From Hydrolagus colliei (Eukaryota), in assembly GCA_035084275.1 (NCBI GenBank), contig CM068752.1, forward strand, positions 2,852,001 to 2,916,000: a stretch of DNA of 64,000 nucleotides, written 5' to 3'. The notes beneath the pieces are model-generated. The model had not been told where the DNA came from. It did no database searches and saw only the letters and a program-made list of their open reading frames with translations. Below, piece by piece: positions 38,801 to 50,618 of this stretch (positions are counted from its first letter, which is position 1; every line of letters starts with the position of its first letter). Both the position numbers and the translations under genes were made by a program.

Positions 38801-39294
38801 TTTGCTGAGCATTGGCAACACGAGTTCCACACAAGGGCAAGTATTTTGAAAAAAAAAAAAATGTTTTTGTCCTGTTGCTATATTTGAGCGTATGCCATCA
38901 ATTCTAAGATTAGTTACAATCCGCAGAACATCGTTCTATTGTGGAATGTGGACAGTTAAATTTGATTGTTGCTGTGGTGGTCAGTGATAGATGTCAAAGC
39001 AGGAAAGTACTGTTACGGTGAATATAAAGGGGAGCATTGAATAGTTCATGGTGTTCACTTCGGCCAAATTCAGGAACTCCTATCTTGTCTCAGTTTGGAA
39101 TCCTAAATATATCGAGACTGCAGTCCTTGCACGTCTACTTGTTCTTCATTTGTTGACCACAAAACACTAATGTAGTTTCCAACATTCTGTGTGTGTTTCC
39201 CCCAGCTGCCTCTGTGGCTGACAGACACAGTAAAACAAAACTCCTACATTAACTTTATATTCAGAAACCAGCTCACCACAAACGTGTTCTAATC

Positions 39295-39530
39295 AAAGAA
39301 TCATAGAACCATACAGCAGGGAAAGAAACCCACCGTGCCTGTGATGGCTCTTTGAAAGAGCTGCTCAAATTCCCCCACTCCCCTGCTCTCTCTCCACAGC
39401 CTCGCAAATTTGCCCTGCCCAAATATCTGTTGTTATCGAATCTGCGTCCACCGCCCATTAAGGCATTCCAGATCCGAACAACTCGCCTGCGGTGGACAAA
39501 AATGTCCTCATCTCCCCTCTGGTTCTTTTG
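39295..39530 (-). mobile_element. CR1-type LINE 3' end
   Basis: The + strand reads aagaatcatagaaccatacagc...ggcattccagatcc...tcctcatctcccctctggttcttt, the reverse of a CR1 3' region. Confidence 0.7.
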
Positions 39531-39599
39531 ACAACACTCTAGTATGTAAGGGAGACAACGAAATAGCAGACAGCACTGTAGACATTAATCACAGATGCC

Positions 39600-39974
39600 C
39601 AGGCCCTCCCAGAGGTTCAGAGAGGCCTGGGCCACTTCCAATGTTTGAGGCCCCCAGCCATGAAAAAAAATGACGTTTAAGTTCCAAATCAACAGCCTTA
39701 CCATATTTAATAACCTACAATATTAGGAAATTATAATAAAAAATTTGTTTTTTCAAACAAACCTAATAAAAACGTGTAAAAATGTTAAATCCTGTTTAAT
39801 GAGCTGAGAGTGTGCGAAACACTTTGGTTCGAAAGGGTGGCACATACAAACAACAGTTAGTCGCGAAATGTAACAAAAAGGCCATAAAAATTAACAAGCG
39901 TCGAAACTTGAGGCGCCCTTTGAGCTTGAGGCCCAGGCCAAATGGCCCTCCTGGCCTCCCCTCTGATTGGCCCT
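39600..39974. mobile_element. Possible non-autonomous hAT-like DNA transposon (MITE)
   Basis: GC-rich degenerate inverted ends caggccctcccagagg / cctctgattggccct, subterminal gaggccc motifs and an AT-rich core. No clear TSD. Confidence 0.45.
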
Positions 39975-40444
39975 TACTTGTTGTCACACAAGTGACTTTA
40001 ACATGGATCAGGTGCGATTTATATTGCAAATATAAATTTATATCAATATAAAATATATGGAAGAAAAACTAGATCTGTGGCACTCAGGGGGGTTAAACTG
40101 AAAAAAAAACTTCTAGCTGATCTAGCTGTCTAGCTGATTTAGCTTTTTTGTTTTGCATTTCAGCTGATCTTTCTTACCACGGATGGAAAGAGGAAGAAAC
40201 GTTTGAATTTTAAAATCTGCAGAGTCTTCAAGGCAACACGTACCGCGTCTGTGAAGTGTATCTGATGGCAACGAGCTTAGAAAAAAAAACGCTCGGGTTA
40301 TTCATGAAATATGGTTACGCTTTTATCGCTTGAGGACAGATACCAAAGAGGCATTTCTGCCCACTAAAGACAAGTTGTTATGAAAGCAATAGGTTCTTGA
40401 GAACACGTCAGTTTGAGTTGCATCGGGTGAGATTTATCTGGCAA

Positions 40445-40605
40445 AGTGCAAAATACCACAGATGCTGGAAAGCTGGAAATAAAAACAGAAAATTGCACTC
40501 AGCCTCCGAACTGGCGAAAGGTCATCGACCTCAAATGTCAGCTCACTTTTCCTCTCCTCCATACATCCTACCTGACCAGCTGCGTTTTTCTCAGTGACTT
40601 CTGTG
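40445..40605. mobile_element. Inverted pair of Penelope-like terminal-repeat remnants
   Basis: Left arm is the reverse of 20960-21025. Right arm is ctggcga-aaggtc-atc-gacct-caaatgtc...cctgaccagctg. Confidence 0.6.
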
Positions 40606-40620
40606 ATTTATATTACGTCA

Positions 40621-40924
40621 TAATAATAATAATCCAATTTCACATCTTATCGACGTCTCAAAACGCTTCACAGAATATGCTGTAAAGTGAATTGACTGTA
40701 TATTTATGGGTGAGACACGGCAGCCAATTGCGCACGGCAGCGTCCCCCACAAACAGCCGTGGATTGAAATGAGCAATTTTTATTGTTGTGTTTTTTTTTG
40801 TCTGGACGGATTATTATCAGGTGTGTGTGTGTGGAGTAAGGAAACTTGCTGATCTTCCTGGATTCAAACACAGGTCTCAAGCTTGGGAGGCAAGTGCTCT
40901 AACCACTGAGGTACAGGCGCTCCA
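40621..40924 (-). mobile_element. SINE, short form
   Basis: Reverse copy 130 nt downstream of HTR4 coding exon 5. Confidence 0.85.
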
Positions 40925-41056
40925 CTATATCCACCCAACCAACGAATACAGCGCACGCCATCGACCAACCTGTTCTGTAGGAGGTACATGCGGGAAGGGA
41001 ATTCCTGGCTAAAGTAAAGTCGCTTCAATAACATCAGACAGATGGAGGCTGCCTAC

Positions 41057-41622
41057 CTCAGGACATGTGCGGATCCATTAATGTCTGTGGCCGAGCAAGG
41101 GATGGCCTGTCCCAGGAAAGAGGCACGCCTGTACCTTCTGTTACCGCAGCACAGAATAGTCAGGAAGGCACATCTGAAGGACTTGTTGAGGAAAGCGTAG
41201 AGGAACGGATTGAGCCCGGAATTAATGTATCCCAGCCACAGGAAGGCAGTCCACAGCTGGTCGGGGACACAGTAGTTTATAAACGGGTCCACCACATTGG
41301 TGATAAAGAATGGCGCCCAACACAGGCAGAAGCATCCCATAATAATGCACAAGGTTTTGGCTGCTTTGGTTTCAGTCTTCATCCGGTGGTGGCCTTGCTG
41401 GTCAGCATGTTGACCATTGTCCGTGGAGGCTCCCGCGCGTTTCAGTCTGTCTATCTGCCTCGCGTGCTCTCTGGCAGTCACGTAGATCCTCTGGTAAGCG
41501 AGCACCATTAGGACGAGAGGTATGTAGAATGCCACCACTGAACACGTTATGGCGTACGGTTTGTTCACCATAAATACACAATGCCCTGTGTTGGTACCAT
41601 TGCTGATTTGTCTTCCTTTTAT
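41057..41622 (-). CDS. HTR4: HTR4 coding exon 5 (ECL2, TM5-TM7, proximal C-tail), 566 nt
   Basis: tttgtag|ATA ... AG|gtaggc; encodes [35 protein letters not shown]...CWAPFF...NPFLY...INGSAHVLR. It ends at the position where mammalian 5-HT4 splice variants diverge. Confidence 0.97.
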
Positions 41623-42189
41623 CTACAAAGTGAGTACAAAACATGGGGGGGGTGATGTAACACAAGCTCACGTTTGTACAGCGCTTTTCACGTCGGGAGG
41701 ACAATAACACCGACAGCAAATTTACACTTGTACAATATCTTCCACATCGGGAGGGCGTCCCGAGGCGTGGAAAGGACGCAAACTATATAAGCGTAATCCA
41801 AGGGTCTTCATGAAGAACTTGCAATGGCGGCTTACTGAATATCACGTAGAAAACTAGACAAAGAGTTTTCTAAAATAAATTCTATATTATTGGTACATTT
41901 TCTGATTATTGTCCAGCCAGGAGTACGATTCTCATTGGGCGCTTTGGTTCGGCTGGGCTTAGATATCTAGGTCTCCAAGTCTCATTGATTAGCTGATCAA
42001 AGGCTGGTCAACCATCGATCGCATTGGGACATCACCATGCGGTAAAGGCCGCTGTGTAAATGTCAGCTGCTGGTGTTGTTGGAATTGTTGGTGGTGTTGA
42101 TATTAGATCATATCAGATAACATTAGATCATTTCTACAGGTATTAGTATTGCATTATGCTCTTATATGGTATTGCATTTTGAAACTACT

Positions 42190-42455
42190 GCAAAACAACA
42201 ACAACAAAATTAACATTTATAGAACGCCTTTCACGCCGGGAGGACGTCCCAAGGCGCTGAACAGTCAGGTCGGGACCCAGGCAAGGTTGGAGGGGCAAGG
42301 TAGGTGGGAGGGGAGGGAGAGAGTTAGGAGGAGAGAGTTGGGAAGGCGGCAGGAGGCACGATCGAAAAGGAGGGTCTTGAGACCGGCCTGGAAGGAGGCG
42401 AGGGAGGAAGCAAGGAGAACTCCAGGGATGGAGTTCCAGAGTGCGGGGGCAGAGA
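42190..42455 (-). mobile_element. L2 3' fragment
   Basis: [12 protein letters not shown]...[13 protein letters not shown] plus the stem-loop tail. This explains the end of ORF 42265-42756. Confidence 0.85.
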
Positions 42456-42543
42456 ATGCTAGTAAAAAGATTTGCAGCATGTTTGTTATCTTTTTCCTTC
42501 TTTCAGCCGGATCATTTAGTATGGTACACAAGACGAAACTCAC

Positions 42544-42697
42544 CAACTCCTGTATCCCAATGCTATTCCAGCCTTGCATGATAGGGAGGATGGAGATGAA
42601 CGATGGAATAATCCAGCACCCTCCCAGCATGATCGTCACCCGCATTGGTGTCATTTTGTTCCTGTACACCAGCGGCTGACAACAAATAGCATAGTAC
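42544..42697 (-). CDS. HTR4: HTR4 coding exon 4 (ICL2-TM4), 154 nt
   Basis: gtgcag|G ... TTG|gtgagt; encodes [51 protein letters not shown]. Confidence 0.97.
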
Positions 42698-43241
42698 CTG
42701 CACAAAAACCCACAGGAAACGATAGAATGTAACAAAGGCCTAGTGTGGTCAATCATGACGTGACAACATCAGAAGCTAACAGAAACAAATCTCCTCATCC
42801 GAAGGCTTGGCGTTTTACAAATATTTAGAACATGTGTAGAGGATTTCCGCTTTAGAGAAAACAAACATCTTCATTCCCACCGACCCCCCCCATCTCAAGG
42901 GATCCCTCAATGCTGGCTGAAAGTGTCCCCTTTTCTGTCATAATACTATCAATCATCTTTGCATTTGATATAGCGCTTTTCACAACTTATTAAGGTCTCA
43001 AAGAGCTTCACTGAATATAATGTAGGGTGAATTGACTGTGTATTTGTGGGCGAAATGCAGCAGCCAATTGCGCACAGCAGCGTTCCCACAAACAGTCTTG
43101 GATTGAAATGACTAATTTATTATTGGTCTTAATCACCCAGAAAGTGTAAATTGACCTGACGACAATCATTTCATATCCTTAATCCTGTGTGTGTGTGCGT
43201 GCATGAGGCGAGAGGGGGAGAGGTTAGTCTGTGCATGATTC

Positions 43242-43287
43242 TGTGTGTGTGTGTGTGTGTGAGAGAGAAAGAGAGAGAGAGAGAGAG
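43242..43287. repeat. Compound (TG)n(GA)n microsatellite
   Basis: Read directly from the sequence. Confidence 0.95.
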
Positions 43288-43565
43288 TGAAAAGGAAAAG
43301 GATAGAGATATGGAAGAAGTGAAGAACCATGAGCACAGTTAAACCTTTTCTAATTTATGACAGTTGATTTTTTTTCTATTTCTGCCTTTTTAGCAGAATA
43401 ATTGTTTTTTTAAAGTGACTAAGGAAATGTAAAGAGATGATATTATTAAATGTAGTAATGAAATGGCTCTCTTTTTTCATGTGTTAAAACGCAAGCTAAT
43501 TGAAAACACCGTCTTGTTCTCATAGCTCAATGAACCTGTCTAAAGGCATCAGGGCCTTTGCTTAC

Positions 43566-43766
43566 CTATCTAAAGAAATGCAGCACAAATGGAGAATGGA
43601 TGCGGTAGTCAACAAGACATCTAAGGATGTCCGAACAAGACAGAAAGTTTCACCGTAAGTCCATTCGTTTTCTATCAGCTCAATGGCTCCAAATGGCATC
43701 ACCATGACAGACACCAGCAGGTCAGCAAATGCCAGGGACACAATAAAATAGTTGGTTTTGATTTTG
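43566..43766 (-). CDS. HTR4: HTR4 coding exon 3 (TM2-TM3), 201 nt
   Basis: ttacag|C ... AG|gtaagc; encodes [30 protein letters not shown]...[27 protein letters not shown]. Amine-binding Asp3.32 is present and the DRY motif spans the junction. Confidence 0.97.
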
Positions 43767-44217
43767 CTGTAAAATAAATTAGAACATTTTAAGAAGCTCG
43801 TAAAATGATTAGTCATTCAAAATCTGCCCAGACTTAATTATCCACAGTTTTTTTTAAAAAAAACGAATAAATACTTTTAAGTGACAATGGGAATATATCT
43901 TGCTAAATTTTGCAAACATATCAGTTAACATCACTTAAAATCACTGTCTTAGTGTGTGCTCGCTCGTATTACTGTGTGCTTAACTGCTTTTCGTATTTGA
44001 TAGGGATATGTCATATGTGTAATTTAGGAAATTATTGAAAAGTAATATTGGAAATGCAAGCACTCTAAACCCATCATCTGACAGCAATGAGTTCACTTGA
44101 AATCACACTCGCTACCCCACAAAGGGAACTATTTGGGTGAGAAATTGTGTTGGTCAACAGATTCGAGGTGTTAATCGACATGTGAAATCCCTGGTTTAAG
44201 AGCGTGCAAATACCCAC

Positions 44218-44364
44218 CGTAGCTGCCTGTCCTTGCAAACAGCCACCATCACCAGGAGGTTCCCCAAAATAGTCATCGTCATAACAGCGGAGAGAAAAGC
44301 GATGAGGACTGTCTTCTGAAGCACAGACAATCCAGGGAGGTGATGTGGCTCACTCTTACTTGCG
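44218..44364 (-). CDS. HTR4: HTR4 coding exon 2 (N-terminus and TM1), 147 nt
   Basis: tttcag|C ... CG|gtgggt; encodes [49 protein letters not shown]. Confidence 0.93.
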
Positions 44365-44490
44365 CTGAAAGCCACAGAGAAATAAGATCTCATCAATGTT
44401 AAGGGCCTGAAACCGCAGTCGATTGCGAGCAACTGACTTTAGTTCTGAAACCAGGAATGTACGTACGGTGGCGTGCGTGTATATATGTGT

Positions 44491-44692
44491 CAAAAATATA
44501 AACAGAAGTCGCTGGGCATGTGCATCAGGTCATGCAGTATCTAGAGAGAGAGGGGGGATAAATTAACGAAACGTCATCAACTTGAAACATTAACTCATTT
44601 TCTTCTCTCCATAGATGCTGCCTGATCTGCTGTGTGTTCCCAGGCAATTCTATTTTTAATTTAAGATTTTTCAGCATCGGCAGTAATTAGCC
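44491..44692. mobile_element. Palindromic Penelope-like terminal-repeat remnant
   Basis: caggtcatgcagtatctagagaga ... tctccatagatgctgcctgatctg form inverted arms. Confidence 0.6.
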
Positions 44693-45794
44693 TTTTGCTA
44701 TATACAGGATAAATATCAGTTTGGCTCAGTCATTAACATTCTTAGCATTCTGAGACAAGACAAACAACGCTGTGATGACAATGAGTGATATCTTTGCAAA
44801 GATCCATGTTTACATCCATGCACTTAACCCCAAACATATTTTGAATATAATGTTATTATTATTAAATGACAAATTACTATTATTATTCCTTCTGTGCGGT
44901 TGATATGTGCAGGGAAGAAAGTATTCAAAATTTTGCAAATAGACTGACATCCAAGTTGTTTATCAAGAATAAATATTCGTACCAGTGTCTGTATAAACAG
45001 GGAGCTAAGAATATTACTTCTGGGATTACAAGACCGGAGGAAGTACTATTTTCTGCGGCTTGTCTGTGTGTATTTGTTGATTGATCAGTAGACTGTGACA
45101 GAGCTATTGTAGGTACACTAGATCTCAGATCATTGAATATTTATTTCACATCAACTACAATCGTACAGATAAGTCGCTTGGATGGCAGAGTTTACTTTCA
45201 TCTCGAGGCAATGACATTTTGTCAAACACAATGAAAAGCGTCCTCCTACATTAGCCGGTAAAAGCCGGTGAAAATGGATGTTTTGCTTGTTCATTTAGAC
45301 TTTAGAGGCTTAGCTCAAGGAATTCTTCAAACTGCATTGTAGAGCAGCACTGCGCTCTGAAAAAACATGCTAATTTCCCTCCTAACAAAGCGAGGTCGCT
45401 GATGTGGTTAAGGGAAGAAGGCACAGAGCAATTCAATTTACCATTGCGAATAACCACGAGGGTCTGACATGTGGCCAGATGGATGGGACTGGATCTTTAC
45501 TTGCAATAATAGTCCTTGCATTTGATGTATAATAATAATAATAATAATTCTTGCATTTGATATAGCGCTTTTCACATCTTATCGACGTCTCAAAGCATTT
45601 CACAGATTGTAAAGTGAATCGACTGTATATTTGTGAGCGAAAAGCGGCAGCCAGTTGCGCACAACAGTGTCCCCCACAAACAGTTGTGGATTGCTCTAAC
45701 CACAGGAATCTAAGGGATGCAATGTGAGGTATCGGGAGAGATATTGAGTGCAAACTCTCTTGCTTTTTGGAATAATGTGCATAATAATGTTTTT

Positions 45795-46106
45795 GGGGTC
45801 CTGAAGCTCAGTGGTTAGAGCACTCGCCTTACAAGAGAGACCTGGGTTCAATTCCAGGCTGGGGTGAAACCTTGGCCAAGTTTCCTTACTCCACACGCAT
45901 AATCATGATCCTTTGGAAAAAACCCAATAATAAATTGGTCATTTCAATCCACGATTGTGTGTGGGACATTGCTGTGCGCAACTGGCTGCCGTATGTTGCC
46001 AACAAAATATACAGTTAATTCACTTTACAGTGCATTCTGTGAAGCACTTCGAGATGTCTAAAAGACTTCAAGAGAGCTATATTAAATGCAAGGATTATTA
46101 TTATTA
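45795..46106 (+). mobile_element. SINE, short form
   Basis: Full copy, preceded by a reverse partial copy at ~45530-45695. Confidence 0.9.
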
Positions 46107-46254
46107 GTAATGTCTTTAGTATCCACCTGGACGGTCAGACAACAGCTGGCTTTATTGTGTGTAGGATTATGTCAGCATGACACCATTTCAGTATTTAACA
46201 CTTGAATATATTTTAACAGGCTTCAAACACCATTTGCAATTTTCTCCTTCCTAC

Positions 46255-46274
46255 CTGTCGTTTGCTTCAGCCAT
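46255..46274 (-). CDS. HTR4: HTR4 first coding exon (exon spans 46330-46255); encodes MAEAND(S)
   Basis: Acceptor tttattacag|GAC at 46330, ATG at 46274 (gtgATGg) with an in-frame TAA upstream, and a phase-2 donor AG|gtagg that matches the next exon. The junction creates an N-D-S glycosylation sequon, like the short start exon of mammalian HTR4 (MDKLDANVS). Confidence 0.8.
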
Positions 46275-46459
46275 CACAAGTAATTAACATGCATATATTC
46301 AAGTTTAGGGCCCACAGATGATACGTGGTCCTGTAATAAATCAGACAAAAAGAACATTGGATTAATTTTATTTCCGACATCTTGATATCAAAGAGAGAGC
46401 AAGTCATGGTGATGTATTCTCTGAGCCCTGTTAAAATGACTGTAGCCATCTGAAATCTT

Positions 46460-46635
46460 ATAATAATAATAATCCTTGCATTTGACATAGCGCCTTATCA
46501 TGTCATTGAGACATCTCAAAGCGTTTCACAGAATATATTGTAACGTGAATTGGTTGTATATTTTGGGAGGTGAAACTCGGCAGCCAGTTAATTACGCACA
46601 GCAGTGTCTCTCTCACAAACAGTTGTGGATTGAGA
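46460..46635 (-). mobile_element. SINE 3' half
   Basis: (taa)n-tccttgcatttgacatagcgcc...acaaacagttgtggattga. Confidence 0.85.
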
Positions 46636-46781
46636 TTATTTTTTGTCTGACCGTTGAGATTATGTTGACACAGCACTCCCCTTTGATCACTGGAGTAACA
46701 CTTCTCTCTTGCAGCTCACATCTGCCTGAATTTAACAGTTGCTGTCCAGCAACTGAATAAATTAATACCTGTTCATTCATT

Positions 46782-47102
46782 TGTGGAGCTCCTGTAGCTC
46801 AGTGGTTAGAGGACTCGCCTTATACAAGCGTGAGACTTGTGTTTGAATCCAGGCAGGTCAGGGCGAAACCTTGGACAAGCTTCCTTACTCACACACACAC
46901 CCAATAATAATCCCTCAAAAAAACTATTATAAATTGGTCATTTCAATCCACAACTGTTTGTGGGACACTGCTGTGCGCAATTGACTGCTGCGTTTTGCCC
47001 ACAAATATACAGTCAATTCACTTTACAGTACATTCTGTGAAGCGCTTTGAGACGTCTGGAAGACGTGAACAGCGCTATATCAAAATGGAAGGATTATTAT
47101 TG
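46782..47102 (+). mobile_element. SINE, short form
   Basis: Near-consensus copy starting tgtggagctcctgtagctcagtgg. Confidence 0.9.
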
Positions 47103-49780
47103 TTCTAGATTTGTCTCAGGGCCCTGATTGCAATGTTTACTACTGTAAATCTTCACATCTTCTCAGCGACATTTTTCTGCCAATTGTGTGGATTAGTTTC
47201 CTTCTGTTTCACCTCTCCATGTTCAGAGCAGTGCGTTTTGTATTGTACGCTTTACGTAAAAAATATTTACCCTGGGGGCAGACCAGCAACTATGGTAAGA
47301 GCAATGCACGTTTCAGAACCGAAAAGATCTTTGAAGCGATAAACTTTCGCGCACTTCTGCTTAAACATTGCCATTTTAAGTATGGATTGATGAAACTGTC
47401 CCTTCATTTCAAACTCTGACATTTCCCACTGAGATGTTAACAGGCCAGAGCCAGAATAGGTTGTCCAGACTTTTGCAATTTGGTTTGAGCTGAAACTTCA
47501 CAGTTCGCTGTCTGTTCTCTGTACGGCAGCAAGGCTCACTGACAGCCCGTTTTACTCACAAGTCCCTCATGAGAGGCACTGTTTACTTTACAAATGCCAC
47601 GCTGGAACATTATTCTGATGAATGAGACTCGCTCAGAAACAGCTCCGTGCCGATGTGGAGAGTGACTTTCTCAAGCGCAGAACTGAGAAATATTCGGTCA
47701 ATCCACTTTACAGTATGTTCTGCGATGAGCTTTGAGATGCCTCGAAGACGTGATAACGACAACGACGACAAAACGACATTCGCATAGCCTTTCACGTCGG
47801 GAGGACGTCCCAAGGCGATGGATAAGGCACTATAGCAAATGCAAGAATAATTATTATCATCATTATCTTGGCACATCTGGATTTCTGTGCCAAGTGCGCA
47901 AGCTTTGTGTTGTTTTCTGCCCAACATCCATTTGAATAAAGCATAACATTGAGGGCAATAAATGTGAAACTGTTTGAAATCTGAACCTGCAACATTTGCT
48001 GTTGATATTACGAGTCAAGTTCTGCAACCGCTCTCATCTGAAAGCACACTTTTCCACTCGCTTATTTTTTGTAACAAACAGTTCGATCACATCGAGGTTC
48101 CTTCCACTTGTATGGCTTATCCGCTCAGCCTAAGGCTCTGCCTACCCGCTCAGCAACCCTCAGCTGTCACATTGAGCCACGCTCGTTCGCTGCTTTTTCT
48201 CTCTGTGTCTTTAAAAGTCTCGAAAGCGAGATGGGCCTGGGTTGGTTCGATTCCGGGCCTGGGCGGGACCCATAAGGCGACTTTCCTTACTCCACGCACC
48301 GCTCTTTACCTGGCAGTAAATGGGAATATACAGCCAATTCACTTTGCGGTATATTCTGTGAAGCACCTTGAGGTATCTCAAAGACATGAAAGGGTGCTAT
48401 ATCAAATGCAAGAATCATTATTATTATGGCTTCCCCTTGTGATGCCAGCACTGGGAAAGACTGGGATGGACAGAACAATGGACTGCTGCTTGACTAACTC
48501 CCCTGATCTCAATCAACTGTTACAGGAGAGAAAGATCTTTCTGTGTTTCTCACGTTGTGTGTTTCAGCAGCAGTTATGTGCTTTGGGGTTTGTGGGGAAC
48601 ATACATTATTTTCTTGCAGCTAATTTTATTGCCTCACATAAAACAACACAGATTGACTCCATATATACAGTCAATTCACTTTACAGTACAATCTGCGAAG
48701 GGCTTTGAGACATCTCGAACATGTGATAAGGCCGTATATCAAATACAAGGAGTATTATTATTATTATTAATCTCAGGTTATCAGTCTGACCATTGCCTTG
48801 TTCAGGGTTTATAATGTCGTGGATTCACAATAGTAGGTTCGCCTTTTGGGCAGGTCTGTAAAGTCCCTCCAAATTGTGTGCACAGTATTTCCGTTAGTTT
48901 ATTTGTGGAGTCAAAGGATGACTTGTTCGCTCCACAGCAGCTTCAATTACTGGAGGTTCTTGTTTACTTTTCTTACTGGTGGGTGAAGATGTCACAGATC
49001 TGAGAGGCCATCTCATCACATCATCCAGGAGAGCATCCCCCTGGCTTTTGTTCCCTGGGCTGGGGGGAGAATCCACAGTAACCCTTTGTGCGGCAATCAA
49101 TACTGTTTCTCGAGTTACCGTCATTTGTGTCGCAAACTTCACCAGCATTCCCCCAGGCAGTTAGCTGAGAGCAACGACAACAACGACAACAACAAAATAC
49201 AGTGCCTTTCATGTCGGGAGGACGTCCCAAAGCGCTGAACAGTCAGGTCGGGACCCGAGCAAGGGAGAGGGGCGGGGTAGAGGGGTGGGGTGGGAGAGAG
49301 TTGCGGGCGAAGGAAGGAAGGGAGGGAGGGAGGGAGGGAGGGAAGGGAGGCAAAGGGACTGAAGGATGGAGTTCCAGAGTGTGGAGGCAGAGAGCCTGAA
49401 AGACCGTCCACTGATGACCAGTTAGTTAGGAGCCACAACAACAACCAATCTGTACAGCTCCCTTCATGTCGAACAGCGCTTAACAGTCAGGGGTTGTTTT
49501 TGGTTTGGAGCAGGAGCAGTTAGTTAAGCGATGATAGTTTGGGTGAAAGGGAGAGGCTGATTGCAGGACAAGCTGTCCCTCTGAGCACTTCTCTGCCCAC
49601 GCAATTTGGGGAACTTCCCAGCCTGGGTTTGCTGTAACATCACATTATTTAAGCTCCTTCACCCACCCCACTCCCTTCCCACACAGAAACTCTCCCACTG
49701 CTTGAATACCAGAGGCATTCACCTGGGCTCCTGGTGTCAGCGGACGCACACACACACACACACACACAATAACAATTATA

Positions 49781-50072
49781 ATCAAAATCCTTGCGTTTAA
49801 AATAGCGCTTTTCACGTCTTCTAGACGTCTCAAAGCGCTTCACAGAATATATTGTAGTATATTGAAATAATTGTAATGTAATAATACAATAACGGTATAT
49901 TTGTGGGCGAAACATGGCAGTGTCCCGATTGAGTGACCAATTTATTATTGGGTTTTTTTTGGGGGGGGGAGACGGATTATTATCAGGCGAGTGGAGCAGG
50001 GAAACTTGCCCTGCCTCGAATTGAACTCGGGTCTCTCGCTTGTAAGGCGAGCGCTCTAACCACCCAGCTCCA
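49781..50072 (-). mobile_element. SINE
   Basis: Reverse copy with head and tail. Confidence 0.85.
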
Positions 50073-50618
50073 CACAACAACAGCAGCAGCCTCGACAACT
50101 TCCATCTGTATGGAGCCTTTCACATTAGGAGGACATCTCGAGGCGCAGGTGAAGTCCACACAGCTTCTCACACTCGCTGTCCAGGGTCCAGGGCTTGTAG
50201 TAACAACAACTATAACAACAACTTGTCACTCATATAGCGCCCTGTACACCGGCTAGTGTCTCGGAGCGCTTAACGGTCAAACTATCTACCGGTAACTAGC
50301 AATTTTTTGTTTCTCGATGCATAACGAAACTGCTTACTGATGACAAGAAGGACTGGAACACAGAGAAACCCCCCCCCCCCCCCACCCACCACCATTACAG
50401 TGATTGCCGACAAACTGGCGATGATTAATTGTGATACTGTAATTACCAACAGTTACGGCGCATTGCACATCCCTTGCCTCTCGCTATCTGTCTGTGTGAG
50501 CGAGTGTGTGGAATAGGCAATCCAGCTGGCAGCAACTTCACTCATTCGCTGAGAAGCTGAGCAGCGAGTCAGCCAGCCAGCCAGGCAAGGGTTAGAATTA
50601 GCAAAGAAAATCTCTTAC

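Noticed and set aside
38973-38986. tgtggtggtcagtg, resembling the 5-HT4(b) exon (CGGQW)
   Set aside because: It is on the wrong strand for HTR4 and too short. I found no b-type exon by eye.
47974-48708. 244-aa ORF
   Set aside because: It starts at TTG, runs through SINE fragments and is antisense within an HTR4 intron.
50173-50193. RE1/NRSE-like site in HTR4 intron 1
   Set aside because: The right half (GGACAGCG) matches but the left half is poor, about 13 of 21 positions overall.
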